Source: Fibrobacter sp. (lineage in GTDB: Bacteria > Fibrobacterota > Fibrobacteria > Fibrobacterales > Fibrobacteraceae). Taken from it: a DNA stretch of 64,000 nt. Under the pieces are notes generated by a model that saw only the letters and a list, made by a program, of their open reading frames with translations, ran no database searches and had not been told where the DNA came from. The DNA is taken from contig JAFXRC010000072.1 in the NCBI GenBank assembly GCA_017526585.1, positions 6,736 to 70,735 of the forward strand, in the 5' to 3' direction. A program made the translations under genes and the position numbers. Position 1 is the stretch's first letter. Every line of letters begins with the position of its first letter. Positions 9,529 through 19,586 of the stretch are shown here, piece after piece.

Positions 9529-9822
9529 CTACCGGCATTCACCGGCAGAAATAAATTTAGGCAAAGAATTTTGCATTATTGCAAACAACTGTTTGCAAAA
9601 TTCGTAAACTTTTGAAAAAAATCCAATAAAGGGAAAATCCCCCGCATCGGCGAGGGACTTCTTGTGTTTAAGGGTTCTAGTATACTTCTTCTTGTCGCGG
9701 ACGATTCTTGTCCGCAGGGTGGCTCCATTCTGGGAGCCGTCAATGCGCAGCGTTCTGAGTCTTGCGCTTTCCTTGGCAGTTTCGGCAATCTTGCCGAGCG
9801 CCTTCATCTTGTTTTTCGCCAT
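9529..9822 (-). CDS. Putative alternative ribosome rescue factor (ArfA/BrfA-like)
   Basis: TATATTTG at 9841-9848 and AAGGAGG SD; basic LRTRIVRDKKKYTRTLKHKK segment followed by an in-ORF terminator hairpin and a hydrophobic tail. Confidence 0.6.
   Translation of the reverse strand: MAKNKMKALGKIAETAKESARLRTLRIDGSQNGATLRTRIVRDKKKYTRTLKHKKSLADAGDFPFIGFFSKVYEFCKQLFAIMQNSLPKFISAGECR
9625..9660 (-). terminator. Intrinsic terminator-like hairpin inside the 9529-9822 ORF
   Basis: aagtccctcgc-cgat-gcgggggattt followed by tccctttatt. Confidence 0.65.
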
Positions 9823-9882
9823 AACGGCCTCCTTGAGGGGCAAATATAAATTATTATCTTTGTTATGTAAAGGGACCTTCTG

Positions 9883-11097
9883 TTGTCATTCGATGTTGCA
9901 GAAAATATTCGCCGTCATGGATTCAAGCGCCTGCTGCTTGCAGTTTCGGGCGGTTTAGATTCTATTTGTTTGGCGCATTATTTTATTTGTAATAAAGATG
10001 CTTTGGGCTTTGAATGGTTGGGTATTGCCCATGTACATCACGGACTGCGCGATGGAACCGCCGACCGCGATGCCGTTTTTGTTGAAGCATTCGCAAAAAC
10101 GCATAACATTCCATTTTTCTTAAGGAAACTGGACGGCGAAGCGCTAAAAAATGCCGAGGGTTCACTCGAAGAAAACGCGAGGGACGCAAGGTACAATGCT
10201 CTGGCAGAAATCATCCTAGATCCTGCTCCTTCGAACCTAACTCAACTAAGTCAACAAGTTGACAAGTTTCGTATATCGACTACGAACCTACGGTTTTCCG
10301 CTCAGGATGACACATTCCACATTTCACATTCCTCATTAGTCATTGTAACCGCGCATCACGCAGGCGACCAGGCAGAAACTATGTACATGCGGCTGCGCCG
10401 AGGAACGACGCTTGCGGGACTCCGCGGCATTCAGGAAATAAGGGAGATTCACGATCAAGTCGGGAATGACAATTTCAACATTTACCGTCCTTTGCTAAAC
10501 ACGACACGAGCAGAACTTCTTGAGTATGCTCGCGAAAACAATCTCGATTGGTGTGAAGACGAAAGCAATTCCGATACCAAATTCGCAAGGAACTTTATCC
10601 GGCACGAAGCGCTCCCCCATTTAGAACGGAACTGCCCGGGGGCTACACGGCAACTTTGCCGGATTGCAGGACTTGCCGATAAGGCATACGCGAAGGTGAT
10701 GGAAAAATGCAACGAGTTGTTCCGAGAGGCCCTTCGACAAACTCAGGGAAACGCCCCAAAAGAAGATTTTTCAATAGATTGCTTCGTCGCTAGCGCTTCT
10801 CGCAATGACGTAATTCCATTAAAGTCAATCCGATTAAACCAGAAGGCTCTCCGCAAAGTTCTGCTCGCCCATACAGACGCCGACCTTTCCGAAATGTTCC
10901 GTTTGTGGCTTTCAGAGCAAGGATTCCGCTTTCCGATTGGATTCTTTTACGACCCCAAAGAGCCCGCCCATGTTAAAATTCCCGTACGCGCCGCTTATCG
11001 CAAGCGTTCTATCGCCAAAAAGGGGCATACAGTCATCTTTTGTGAATTTGAAAGCGCTGAATCGGCACTAAAATTTGTATCTTGCGAAATGAAATAA
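9883..11097 (+). CDS. tilS: tRNA(Ile)-lysidine synthase with in-frame repeat insertions
   Basis: [38 protein letters not shown] and RNFIR motifs; lies upstream of ftsH. Confidence 0.93.
   Translation: MSFDVAENIRRHGFKRLLLAVSGGLDSICLAHYFICNKDALGFEWLGIAHVHHGLRDGTADRDAVFVEAFAKTHNIPFFLRKLDGEALKNAEGSLEENARDARYNALAEIILDPAPSNLTQLSQQVDKFRISTTNLRFSAQDDTFHISHSSLVIVTAHHAGDQAETMYMRLRRGTTLAGLRGIQEIREIHDQVGNDNFNIYRPLLNTTRAELLEYARENNLDWCEDESNSDTKFARNFIRHEALPHLERNCPGATRQLCRIAGLADKAYAKVMEKCNELFREALRQTQGNAPKEDFSIDCFVASASRNDVIPLKSIRLNQKALRKVLLAHTDADLSEMFRLWLSEQGFRFPIGFFYDPKEPAHVKIPVRAAYRKRSIAKKGHTVIFCEFESAESALKFVSCEMK
10218..10313. repeat. REP-like element inside tilS (agatcc...cgctcaggatgacac) with an internal hairpin
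   Basis: Ends match the reverse complement of 2644-2679; inner gtcaac-aa-gttgac stem. Confidence 0.7.
10311..10345 (+). repeat. Degenerate heptamer tandem repeat (5 units) inside tilS
   Basis: cacattc cacattt cacattc ctcatta gtcattg. Confidence 0.6.
10444..10470. repeat. REP-like element inside tilS
   Basis: gagattcacgatcaagtcgggaatgac; same architecture as the intergenic element at 54987-55014. Confidence 0.7.
10729..10750. repeat. REP-like element inside tilS (CCCTTCGACAnnCTCAGGG type)
   Basis: gcccttcgacaaactcagggaa, encoding LRQTQG. Confidence 0.6.
10776..10810. repeat. REP-like element inside tilS (GATTGCTTCG...CGCAATGAC type)
   Basis: agattgcttcgtcgctagcgcttctcgcaatgacg, encoding [11 protein letters not shown]. 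Confidence 0.65.
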
Positions 11098-11108
11098 AAA
11101 AGGATTAT

Positions 11109-13253
11109 ATGAGTCAAGGAAAACCTACTCCCCCCTACCGTAGCAAGAACTTTATCATTTTGTTGGTGATGATTCTTTTGTTGTTCGTCATGTTCCCTCT
11201 CGCCGGGAAAGCCAGCGACGCCGATATCACGCGCACCGAATTTTTGGCCATGATGGGAGACTCCACCAAGGTCATTACCGAACTTTCGCTCCAGAAGACA
11301 CCCGATGGCGTGATTATCGAAGGCAAGCGCGAAATGAGTGCCGAAGAAAAGGCCGAAGCGAAAAAGAACCAGAGCGCTCTCGCCCGTTTCACCAAGTCCA
11401 CCGACAACGGCAACACCAAGACATTCCGCAGCCACATGCTGGAAGTCTCCAACGACCAGATTACCGCCTGGGAAGTCTACAAGGGCGTGAAAGTCAAGGT
11501 CATTCACGAATCTAGCACCTGGCTCGATACTATCATCGCGTTTCTCCCGGTCTTGCTGCTAATCGTATTCTTCTATTTCATGATGAACCGCCAGATGGGT
11601 GGCGGCGGCAAGAGTCCCTTCAGCTTTGGCAAGAGCCAGGCTAGGCAGTTGAACGGCAAGCAGAAGACCACGTTTAACGATGTCGCTGGCTGTGACGAGG
11701 CAAAGCAAGATTTGCAGGAACTCGTGGAATTCCTGAAGGACCCGAAAAAATACGATGCTCTCGGCGGACGCATTCCGAAGGGAGCATTGCTCGTCGGTCC
11801 TCCGGGTACCGGTAAGACGCTCCTCGCCCGCGCTGTTGCAGGCGAAGCAGGTGTGCCGTTCTTTAGCATGTCCGGTTCTGACTTTGTGGAAATGTTCGTG
11901 GGCGTGGGTGCTAGCCGCGTGCGCGACCTCTTTGAAACCGGCAAGAAGAACGCTCCGTGTATTCTCTTCATCGACGAAATCGACGCCGTAGGTCGCCAGC
12001 GTGGCGCAGGTCTCGGTGGCGGTCACGATGAACGCGAACAGACTTTGAACCAGTTGCTGGTGGAAATGGACGGCTTTACCGCCAACGAAGGCGTGATTTT
12101 GATTGCTGCGACCAACCGCCCCGACGTACTCGACAAGGCATTGCTCCGCCCCGGCCGCTTTGACCGCCAGATTGTGGTGGGACTCCCCGACCTGAAGGGC
12201 CGTGAAGAAATCTTGAAGGTTCACCTGAAAAAGCGTAAAGTTCCTCTGGCCGACGACGTAGACGTGAAGGCCGTTGCAAAGGGAACTCCTGGTCTTGCAG
12301 GTGCAGACCTCGAAAACCTGGTGAACGAAGCTGCCCTCCTCGCTGCGCGCTTCAACAACAAGAAAGTCACGATGCTTGACTTTGAAGAAGCCCGCGACAA
12401 GCTCAGCATGGGTGCCGAGCGCCGCACGCTCCTGATGACCGACGAAGAAAAGCGTCACACCGCCTACCACGAAGCAGGCCACGCATTGATGACACTCTTG
12501 TGCAAGCATTCTGATCCGCTCCACAAGATTACCATTATCCCGCGCGGTCGCGCCCTCGGCGTGACCATGAGTCTGCCCGAACGCGACCAGGTAAGCTACA
12601 GTCGCGAATACGCCGAAGAACGCATCATGATCATGATGTCTGGCCGTCTCGCCGAGCTCATCTTCTTCAACCACCAGAGCACGGGCGCCAGCAACGACAT
12701 TCAGCGCGCTACTGAACTTGCCCGCAAGATGGTGACGGAATGGGGCTTTGACGATGAAATCGGACCGGTATGCTACAGCCGTACCGATGGTGAAGTGTTC
12801 CTCGGCCGCGAAATTAGCAAGCCGAAGGAAATGTCCGAAATGATGGCCGAAAAGATCGACAATGCGGTGAATAACCTCATCAAGCGTCTCGATTTGGCCG
12901 CCAAGAAACTCATCGAAGAGAACAAGGACAAACTCATCGACCTCGCCGAAGCGCTGTTCGAATTCGAAGTGCTCGACCGCGAAGAAATTGACCGCGTGAT
13001 GGCCGGCGAAAAGCTGACCGGGACCAAGAAGAGCCGCCAGTACAAGGCGCTCGAAGAAATGGAAGCGAAGAAGAAACGCGAAAACACTCCGCCTCCTGAC
13101 CCGGGCAAACAACCGCCCGTTGCCCCGGTTACAGACGCCCCCGTTGCAGAAATCAAACCCGCCCCCGCTGCCGGAACCACTCCGGCAAATGATGGCGAAG
13201 CCCATACCGAAACGCTGAAATCTTCTGAAGAAGCAAAACAGGAAAACTCGTAA
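11109..13253 (+). CDS. ftsH: ATP-dependent zinc metalloprotease FtsH
   Basis: Two TM helices, [17 protein letters not shown] region and HEAGH. Confidence 0.98.
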   Translation: MSQGKPTPPYRSKNFIILLVMILLLFVMFPLAGKASDADITRTEFLAMMGDSTKVITELSLQKTPDGVIIEGKREMSAEEKAEAKKNQSALARFTKSTDNGNTKTFRSHMLEVSNDQITAWEVYKGVKVKVIHESSTWLDTIIAFLPVLLLIVFFYFMMNRQMGGGGKSPFSFGKSQARQLNGKQKTTFNDVAGCDEAKQDLQELVEFLKDPKKYDALGGRIPKGALLVGPPGTGKTLLARAVAGEAGVPFFSMSGSDFVEMFVGVGASRVRDLFETGKKNAPCILFIDEIDAVGRQRGAGLGGGHDEREQTLNQLLVEMDGFTANEGVILIAATNRPDVLDKALLRPGRFDRQIVVGLPDLKGREEILKVHLKKRKVPLADDVDVKAVAKGTPGLAGADLENLVNEAALLAARFNNKKVTMLDFEEARDKLSMGAERRTLLMTDEEKRHTAYHEAGHALMTLLCKHSDPLHKITIIPRGRALGVTMSLPERDQVSYSREYAEERIMIMMSGRLAELIFFNHQSTGASNDIQRATELARKMVTEWGFDDEIGPVCYSRTDGEVFLGREISKPKEMSEMMAEKIDNAVNNLIKRLDLAAKKLIEENKDKLIDLAEALFEFEVLDREEIDRVMAGEKLTGTKKSRQYKALEEMEAKKKRENTPPPDPGKQPPVAPVTDAPVAEIKPAPAAGTTPANDGEAHTETLKSSEEAKQENS

Positions 13254-14134
13254 TGTTCAAAGAAGTTCTGGATCATAGCCGCGCACTCCCCTGGAAAATC
13301 GGCAACAAGGTTCTGCCTTGCAAGACTCCGCTGATTATGGGTATTGTGAATGTGACTCCGGACAGTTTTTTTGACGGCGGCAAGCACAACAAACCTGATG
13401 CCGCCTACGAACACGCATTGATGCTCTTGGACCAGGGCGCCGAAATTCTAGACATCGGTGGCGAAAGCAGCCGCCCGGGAAGCGCACCAGTCAGCCTGCA
13501 AGAAGAACTGGACCGCGTATGCCCCGTGGTAGAACGTCTGACCAAACTCGCCAAAGAACGCGAATTCTATATCTCGGTCGATACCGTTAAAGCCAAGGTC
13601 GCCGAAGAGACCATGAAGCTCGGAGCGCACATCATCAACGACATTAGCGCCTGCGCCATGGACCCGAACATGCTCCAGACTGTCGCAGACACCAAGGCCG
13701 CCGTAGTGCTGAACCACATCCGCGGGAACTTCGGCACCATGCAGCAGGACTTCAAGCCCTACACGAACGTGGTGCAGGAAGTCCGCGAAGAGCTCTTGTC
13801 GCAGGTTAAAAAACTTTTGGATCTCGGCGTTGAACGCGAAAAAATTTGCATCGATCCGGGCATCGGATTCGGAAAAACCGCACAGGATAACATCGATTTG
13901 ATGAAATCGACCGAAGAATTCCTGCAAGACGGCTACCCCGTTCTCATCGGGACCTCGCGCAAGTCCTATATTGGTAAAATGCCCGGCCTCGAAACGAGTG
14001 ACCGCCTGATTCCGACCGTTACAGCTGGAATCGTAGCTGTACTCGGCGGAGCGAGCTGCATTCGCGTGCACGATGTGAAAGAGGCGAAGGAATCCCTGCT
14101 TTATTTGGAGGCGTTAAGAAATGATTCTGTTTAA
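13253..14134 (+). CDS. folP: Dihydropteroate synthase
   Basis: NVTPDSFFDGG, DIGGESSRPG, DPGIGFGK, SRKS and RVHDV motifs. Confidence 0.97.
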   Translation: MFKEVLDHSRALPWKIGNKVLPCKTPLIMGIVNVTPDSFFDGGKHNKPDAAYEHALMLLDQGAEILDIGGESSRPGSAPVSLQEELDRVCPVVERLTKLAKEREFYISVDTVKAKVAEETMKLGAHIINDISACAMDPNMLQTVADTKAAVVLNHIRGNFGTMQQDFKPYTNVVQEVREELLSQVKKLLDLGVEREKICIDPGIGFGKTAQDNIDLMKSTEEFLQDGYPVLIGTSRKSYIGKMPGLETSDRLIPTVTAGIVAVLGGASCIRVHDVKEAKESLLYLEALRNDSV

Positions 14135-14960
14135 GCTATTCGGGATAATCGATGTGCGTCCGGCAGATATTCTGGACGTGCTCCTGATATCCATCATCAT
14201 CTACTATATCTTCTTGCTGTTCCGCGGCACCCGCGCCGCCCAGATGATTTTCGGCGGTTTGTTGCTGATTCTAGCCTGGATTATTGCGCAGTGGTGGGAA
14301 CTCCATACCGTCGTGTGGCTTATCAGTAACCTGGCGACCCTCGGTATTATCGCACTCGTGATTCTTTTCCAGCCCGAAATTCGAAGCGCCCTCACCCGTA
14401 TCGGTCAGGCAGCCAGTAAGCTCGATTTCCACAATCTATTTTTCCATTCCAGCGGTCTCGACGAAATCACCAAGACCATCGCGAGCGCCTGCCAAGACCT
14501 GGCAAAGACACACACCGGTGCGCTGATTGTGCTTGAAAAGCGCGTGGGACTCCGCAACTACGCAGACACCGGTGAAATCCTGGATGCACGAATCAGTTCT
14601 AGACTTTTACGCGCCCTCTTCTTCCCGAATTCCGCTTTGCACGATGGTGCCGTGATTATGAACAGCAAGCGCATTATTGCCGCCGGCTGTATCTTGCCCA
14701 TGCCCACGGGTAATGCCGAAAAAGAAGCGGGCTACGGCATGCGCCACCGCGCCGCCAAGGCACTCGCCGCCGAATGCGACGCGCTCGTTATCGTGGTGTC
14801 CGAAGAAACAGGCTACATCTCGATTGCCTACCGCAACAGCCTGCGCCGAAACATCAGCGTCGGTGAACTCAAGCAAGAAATTATCCGCCACTGGGGCGAA
14901 CTTTTCAACGATGTACGTGAAAGTAATAAGCCCGAAACCGCCGAAGAAAAAGCAAGCTAA
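14121..14960 (+). CDS. cdaA: Diadenylate cyclase CdaA/DacA
   Basis: Three N-terminal TM helices, FQPEIR, LHDGA and GMRHRAA motifs. Confidence 0.93.
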   Translation: MILFKLFGIIDVRPADILDVLLISIIIYYIFLLFRGTRAAQMIFGGLLLILAWIIAQWWELHTVVWLISNLATLGIIALVILFQPEIRSALTRIGQAASKLDFHNLFFHSSGLDEITKTIASACQDLAKTHTGALIVLEKRVGLRNYADTGEILDARISSRLLRALFFPNSALHDGAVIMNSKRIIAAGCILPMPTGNAEKEAGYGMRHRAAKALAAECDALVIVVSEETGYISIAYRNSLRRNISVGELKQEIIRHWGELFNDVRESNKPETAEEKAS

Positions 14961-14965
14961 ATTAT

Positions 14966-16219
14966 ATGGCTAACGAAAACGAAGAACAGTTGAAGAATAA
15001 GCGCAAGAAAAAGAACATCGCCATTCTCGTGTTGATGTTCCTCTTGCTAGTGACCCTTTTTATGGTGCAGTGCCACCTGGACCAAATCAAGCAAGATGCT
15101 CTCGCCAAGGAACAGGAAACCGCCCTTGAAATGCAACGCCGCCACACACTCGACAGCCTCAGAGCTATCGAGAAGGCTCGTGCCGACAGCATCCGCATGG
15201 CGGATTCACTAGCAAAGCTCAATGCAGACAACCTCGCTGACAGTCTGCGCATCGCAGACAGCCTCCGTATCGCAGACTCGATTGCCGCCCTCAAGAACAA
15301 TGTGAACCGCGACAGCATCCGCCATGTACGCGACAGCCTGAACCGCATCAAGGATAGCCTCGCCGCAATCGACAAGGCTCGCGCCGATAGCCTGCAGCGC
15401 ATCGCCGACTCGCTTGCCCTCATCGAAAAGGCAAAAGCCGATTCTCTCGAAAAGAAGCGCATCCAGGACAGCATCCGCGCCGCAGACCAGGTGCCGCCCG
15501 TCGCTGAAATTGCTCCGCCCGCAGGCCGCTACTACGACCCCATCAAACTCAAAGTCAAGTGCGAAGAAATCAAGTGCAAGACATTCCTCTCTATTGGCGA
15601 CACGCTGCATGCCCAAGAAGCGGGCAAAGCTATTGAATACAACAAGACGGGCTCCGTATTCTTCTACGCCGAAGACTCGGTCGGAAACCGCACCGCCTGG
15701 GAAGAAGCCAAGTACGACATGGCATCGGATAACATTTGCGGCAAGAACGCCTACCCCGTTCCACTCGGCGGCAAGACCGTTTGCGTAGACGCTTACGAAT
15801 ACCCGAACAAGGCTGACGAACTCCCCCGCGACATGGTGAGCCAGGAACAGGCCGCAAGCCTTTGCCAGCAAGAAGGCAAGCACCTTTGCAGCCTCGCCGA
15901 ATGGCAGGCAGCCTGCAAGAGCAAGGACAACACGCGTTACAGCTACGGTGACAGCTACAAGCAGAACAAGTGCAATACCAATACGAAAGCTGCCAAGCGC
16001 AGCGGACGCAAGGAACAATGCCGCAGCTGGTACGGCATGTACGACATGAACGGAAACCTTTGGGAATGGACATCCACCACGAGCAAGGATCACCCGAACA
16101 TGTACTTGGTCGCCGGTGGAGCCTGGAACACCAACAACGAAAGCAAGTGCACCGACAACAAGTTCAGCTTCTACCCGCAGAACCAGTATCCGAACGTCGG
16201 ATTCCGCTGCTGTAAGTAA
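14966..16219 (+). CDS. Membrane-anchored protein with a DS-repeat helical stalk and an FGE-sulfatase/C-type-lectin-fold domain
   Basis: TM helix, 13 DS(L/I) motifs, then YGMYDMNGNLWEW and VGFRCC. Confidence 0.85.
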   Translation: MANENEEQLKNKRKKKNIAILVLMFLLLVTLFMVQCHLDQIKQDALAKEQETALEMQRRHTLDSLRAIEKARADSIRMADSLAKLNADNLADSLRIADSLRIADSIAALKNNVNRDSIRHVRDSLNRIKDSLAAIDKARADSLQRIADSLALIEKAKADSLEKKRIQDSIRAADQVPPVAEIAPPAGRYYDPIKLKVKCEEIKCKTFLSIGDTLHAQEAGKAIEYNKTGSVFFYAEDSVGNRTAWEEAKYDMASDNICGKNAYPVPLGGKTVCVDAYEYPNKADELPRDMVSQEQAASLCQQEGKHLCSLAEWQAACKSKDNTRYSYGDSYKQNKCNTNTKAAKRSGRKEQCRSWYGMYDMNGNLWEWTSTTSKDHPNMYLVAGGAWNTNNESKCTDNKFSFYPQNQYPNVGFRCCK

Positions 16220-16262
16220 GCGATTTCGAAACCGTTACCAGTTGGTTAGTTAATAGAAAATT

Positions 16263-16295
16263 AAAATCGGGCAAAAAAACGCCCGATTTTTTTTA
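16263..16295. terminator. Bidirectional terminator
   Basis: aaaatcgggc-aaaaaaac-gcccgatttttttt. Confidence 0.8.
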
Positions 16296-16718
16296 TTTGA
16301 TTTTCGACTGAAGATTTTCGATACGACGCTCAAGAAGCTTCGTAATTTCAGGAAGAAGGCTGTCCTTGATACGGTCCAGATACAGACACTGCAACTGTAT
16401 CATTCGATTACGATGGCGCCCCGCATGCTCCTGGATCCAATGACTTACCGCCACTTGACGATCCTGCATTCGTTCCTGCAAAACCTGCTTGATGTAAGTC
16501 GTCTGCACAGACATGTAACGCTGCATATTAAAAGGCAGCTTATAGGTGCGAATGAATTGTTTGAGAAGTTCGAGCAGCGACAAATTTTGCGACTTGCGTT
16601 CTTGAATAAAATGACGCAATTCTTCGATATGGCTTTCAAAGAAAGGCATTATGGCTTTATCGTCTATCTGATAAAGTTCCAGTTCATCCTGTTTTTTTGT
16701 CGCTTCATCAACGGCCAT
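16293..16718 (-). CDS. Hypothetical helical protein
   Basis: 141-aa ORF filling the gap between a U32 gene and a terminator. Confidence 0.65.
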   Translation of the reverse strand: MAVDEATKKQDELELYQIDDKAIMPFFESHIEELRHFIQERKSQNLSLLELLKQFIRTYKLPFNMQRYMSVQTTYIKQVLQERMQDRQVAVSHWIQEHAGRHRNRMIQLQCLYLDRIKDSLLPEITKLLERRIENLQSKIK

Positions 16719-16746
16719 GTTCTAAATTTACAAAAAAAATCTAGAT

Positions 16747-18045
16747 TTATGTATTTCTCTTAATAAAAAAGCAAAATATATCATTTTCAGGCATTTTACA
16801 TATTTTGCCATCAAGAAAAACTATACCTTCTGTTCCCGGATGAAGCCGGTCGACATCTTCACCCTTGAAATTCTTCATCGAAGATATCTCGCACGGGAAC
16901 TGCCCCGAAGGTGTCATCAGTTCGAGGGAATCGTCCATACCGAAGGGGTTCTTCACATTGACTCGACAAGAATTCGTCGCATCGTCATAGCCGAGTACCT
17001 GGGCGGCGACACATCCGCCAGGGGCATCCTCGTGAGTCGATTCATAATTCTGGGGCAACGGTCCACGCATGAATCCCGGCATAAAACCGCGACCATCCAC
17101 AAACGAAATCGCCTTGCGCGATTCTTCGGGAATTTCTAGCGGAAGCCCCGATTCAAGCTGCTGCTTGCAAGCGTCAATCGCCATGCGATAGGAACGAACC
17201 ACCTGACTTAAATAGTAAACCGACTTGGTACGCCCCTCAATCTTGAAGGAGTCGAGCCCAGCCTTCATCAGTTCAGGAATCACATCGAGCGCGCAAATGT
17301 CGCGGCTGCTCATGAAATAGGTTCCCCAGGTGTCTTCGTCAAGGGCTATCGGCGGAAGTTCCGGACGATCAGTTCGCTGCAGGCTGAACTCCCCCACATG
17401 TTCCTGATAATTTTCGCACTGCGGTTCAGGATTGGCGTACAGGCGGTACGGCATGCGGCAGCTGTTATCACAAGCGCCCTGGTTTGCATCGCGACGCGTC
17501 ACCCAGTTGCTGAGCATGCAGCGTCCCGACATAGACATGCAAACGGCTCCATGCACAAAGACTTCCAATTCCAAGTCCGGGCAACGATCCTTAATTTCAA
17601 CAATTTCAGAAAGACGAAGTTCGCGACTCAAAATGATACGGCGAACACCAAGCCCTTGCCAAAACTGGGCGGCTAGATAATTCGTCGTATTCGCCTGCAC
17701 AGAAAGGTGCACTTCGACTTCAGGGCGAACTTTCCGGAGCCAGCCCACAAAACCAGGGTCAGCCACAATCAGGGCATCCGGTTTTAAATCAATTGCCTGC
17801 AAGAGCGCGTTCTGAAACGCTTCCACCTTGACATTTCGCGGAATCACGTTGCTTGTCAGGTAGAACTTCTTGCCCAAACGATGCGTGTACTCGATGCCTT
17901 CCGCCAAATCATCTAGGTTCTTGAAACCATTCTCACGGGCACGGAGCGAAAAGGCAGGCTGCCCAGCATAAACAGCATCGGCACCATACGCAAGGGCGTA
18001 CTTCATACGAACGAGGTCGCCAGCAGGAGCAAGGAGTTCAAACAT
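16747..18045 (-). CDS. trhP: Peptidase U32 family, TrhP/YegQ-like tRNA hydroxylation protein
   Basis: ELLAPAG, HLSVQAN, HGAVCMSMSGRC, NQGACDNSCR and FKIEGRTKS motifs. Confidence 0.8.
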   Translation of the reverse strand: MFELLAPAGDLVRMKYALAYGADAVYAGQPAFSLRARENGFKNLDDLAEGIEYTHRLGKKFYLTSNVIPRNVKVEAFQNALLQAIDLKPDALIVADPGFVGWLRKVRPEVEVHLSVQANTTNYLAAQFWQGLGVRRIILSRELRLSEIVEIKDRCPDLELEVFVHGAVCMSMSGRCMLSNWVTRRDANQGACDNSCRMPYRLYANPEPQCENYQEHVGEFSLQRTDRPELPPIALDEDTWGTYFMSSRDICALDVIPELMKAGLDSFKIEGRTKSVYYLSQVVRSYRMAIDACKQQLESGLPLEIPEESRKAISFVDGRGFMPGFMRGPLPQNYESTHEDAPGGCVAAQVLGYDDATNSCRVNVKNPFGMDDSLELMTPSGQFPCEISSMKNFKGEDVDRLHPGTEGIVFLDGKICKMPENDIFCFFIKRNT

Positions 18046-18051
18046 AGGGGC

Positions 18052-19578
18052 TTACCACTTGAATCCGGTGCGCAGATACACCTTTTCGTCGTTAAACAGG
18101 GTTATCTCGCCAAGGAAGAACACATACTGTCCTTCGTAGCTGATAGACGGCGTAAGCGAGTATTCCATTTTTGCGCCCTTCAAGAAGCGTTTATGGATTT
18201 TCATGTGGTCACGCCGAGGAGTCGTATCGTTCACCGCGCTGCCGTAATCCGTTCCCTTCCAGAACCAGGTGTTGCGAAGAGATGCAAACACGTGGTGGTC
18301 TAGGCGGCCGTACACCGTCGCATCAATCGTCTGGCTGTTAGGACCAGCCTGACTTCCAAGAGGGCGTCCCAGATGCGCCATCTGAGCCGTGTTTGCATGG
18401 AAATGCGAATACACATAAGGCTCGATGCGGGCATATTCAGCGATAAAGCCCGACTCCAACAAATGGGACTTGATCTTGAAATCATGGGCGCCATGCATAC
18501 CCGCCATCCAAGCCCACTTGGCTTCGATATTGTCATTCTTCACCAGGCTTACAGGGCTTTCCATGTCGTCAAGGTAGAATTCCGTATAGAAGCGAAGCGA
18601 ATTGAACAGACGGTAGTTGAAATCAAAAGAAAGCGAACCGTTATTGCTGTCTTCGGAGTAGTTACCCTTTTCCATGAACAAGGGCACAGTCGGCACAAAC
18701 AGCCACGGTTTCAGGTTATCGTACTGTATCTGAAGTTCGCTGATACCGAAAGTCGCATTGCCCACCGCAAGTTCATAGCGGTGACCAAAGATATTGCGAT
18801 TTTCATCCTTGTTCTTCATGCTCATGCTAGAATAAATACGCAAGTCACCGTAGAACGAGACAACGCGCAACGGACCAAACTGCATATCGAGCGTAAGCAT
18901 GTTATAAGGCAGCGCAAACTGGTTCAGGCTCAGGTTGTTGTAGTAGCCCGGACCCCAATGCATCACGTCGCGTCCAAAGTCCAGACGCAACCAGTCGTAG
19001 TTCAGGGCGATATGCGTGCGGTAGCGAGCGTAACTTGTGTATTCCAGTCCCGAATTGTTTTCTTCCTTCTGAACTTCCAGGAACTCGCCATCAAACGACT
19101 GCGGCTTGTCGGCGGAATGTCCTTCATCATAAATACGGGCATCCAATACGAAATCAACAGAATCTGCAAAGCCGCGCAAATACATACCACCATCGATGGC
19201 GGGCCAGACAGTATCGCCCAGAGCCTCGCCACCACGGTAATCGATTCCACCCACCAGAGACATTGCCACAGCAATGCGAGGCTGCGAAACGGAATCTGCC
19301 CTACCATGTCCAGAAACGGCAGCACCATTTGCATTGTCGTAATACAGCAAGGCGTTCTTTTCGGTTTCTACAAAGTTCTTCCTAAAGCTCGTATCGCGAC
19401 GCGGGTAAGCAAAGAATTGGCGTCCCTCGCCTGTTGTCACACGATGCAACTCAAACAGCAGCGGCGAATTTTCAAGCAGGCGCAAGTTGCGAACATTTTC
19501 GGGGCCCACCACAGGGGACGCCGCAAAAGCCTGCGCTACAAGCGCAGAGACAAATATAAAGGCAAAAGTCTTTTTCAT
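18052..19578 (-). CDS. Outer-membrane beta-barrel, capsule assembly Wzi-like
   Basis: Signal peptide, GRDVMHWGPG, GHRYE and LGSQAGPNS motifs, C-terminal aromatic residue. Confidence 0.7.
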   Translation of the reverse strand: MKKTFAFIFVSALVAQAFAASPVVGPENVRNLRLLENSPLLFELHRVTTGEGRQFFAYPRRDTSFRKNFVETEKNALLYYDNANGAAVSGHGRADSVSQPRIAVAMSLVGGIDYRGGEALGDTVWPAIDGGMYLRGFADSVDFVLDARIYDEGHSADKPQSFDGEFLEVQKEENNSGLEYTSYARYRTHIALNYDWLRLDFGRDVMHWGPGYYNNLSLNQFALPYNMLTLDMQFGPLRVVSFYGDLRIYSSMSMKNKDENRNIFGHRYELAVGNATFGISELQIQYDNLKPWLFVPTVPLFMEKGNYSEDSNNGSLSFDFNYRLFNSLRFYTEFYLDDMESPVSLVKNDNIEAKWAWMAGMHGAHDFKIKSHLLESGFIAEYARIEPYVYSHFHANTAQMAHLGRPLGSQAGPNSQTIDATVYGRLDHHVFASLRNTWFWKGTDYGSAVNDTTPRRDHMKIHKRFLKGAKMEYSLTPSISYEGQYVFFLGEITLFNDEKVYLRTGFKW

Positions 19579-19586
19579 CGGTTAAA

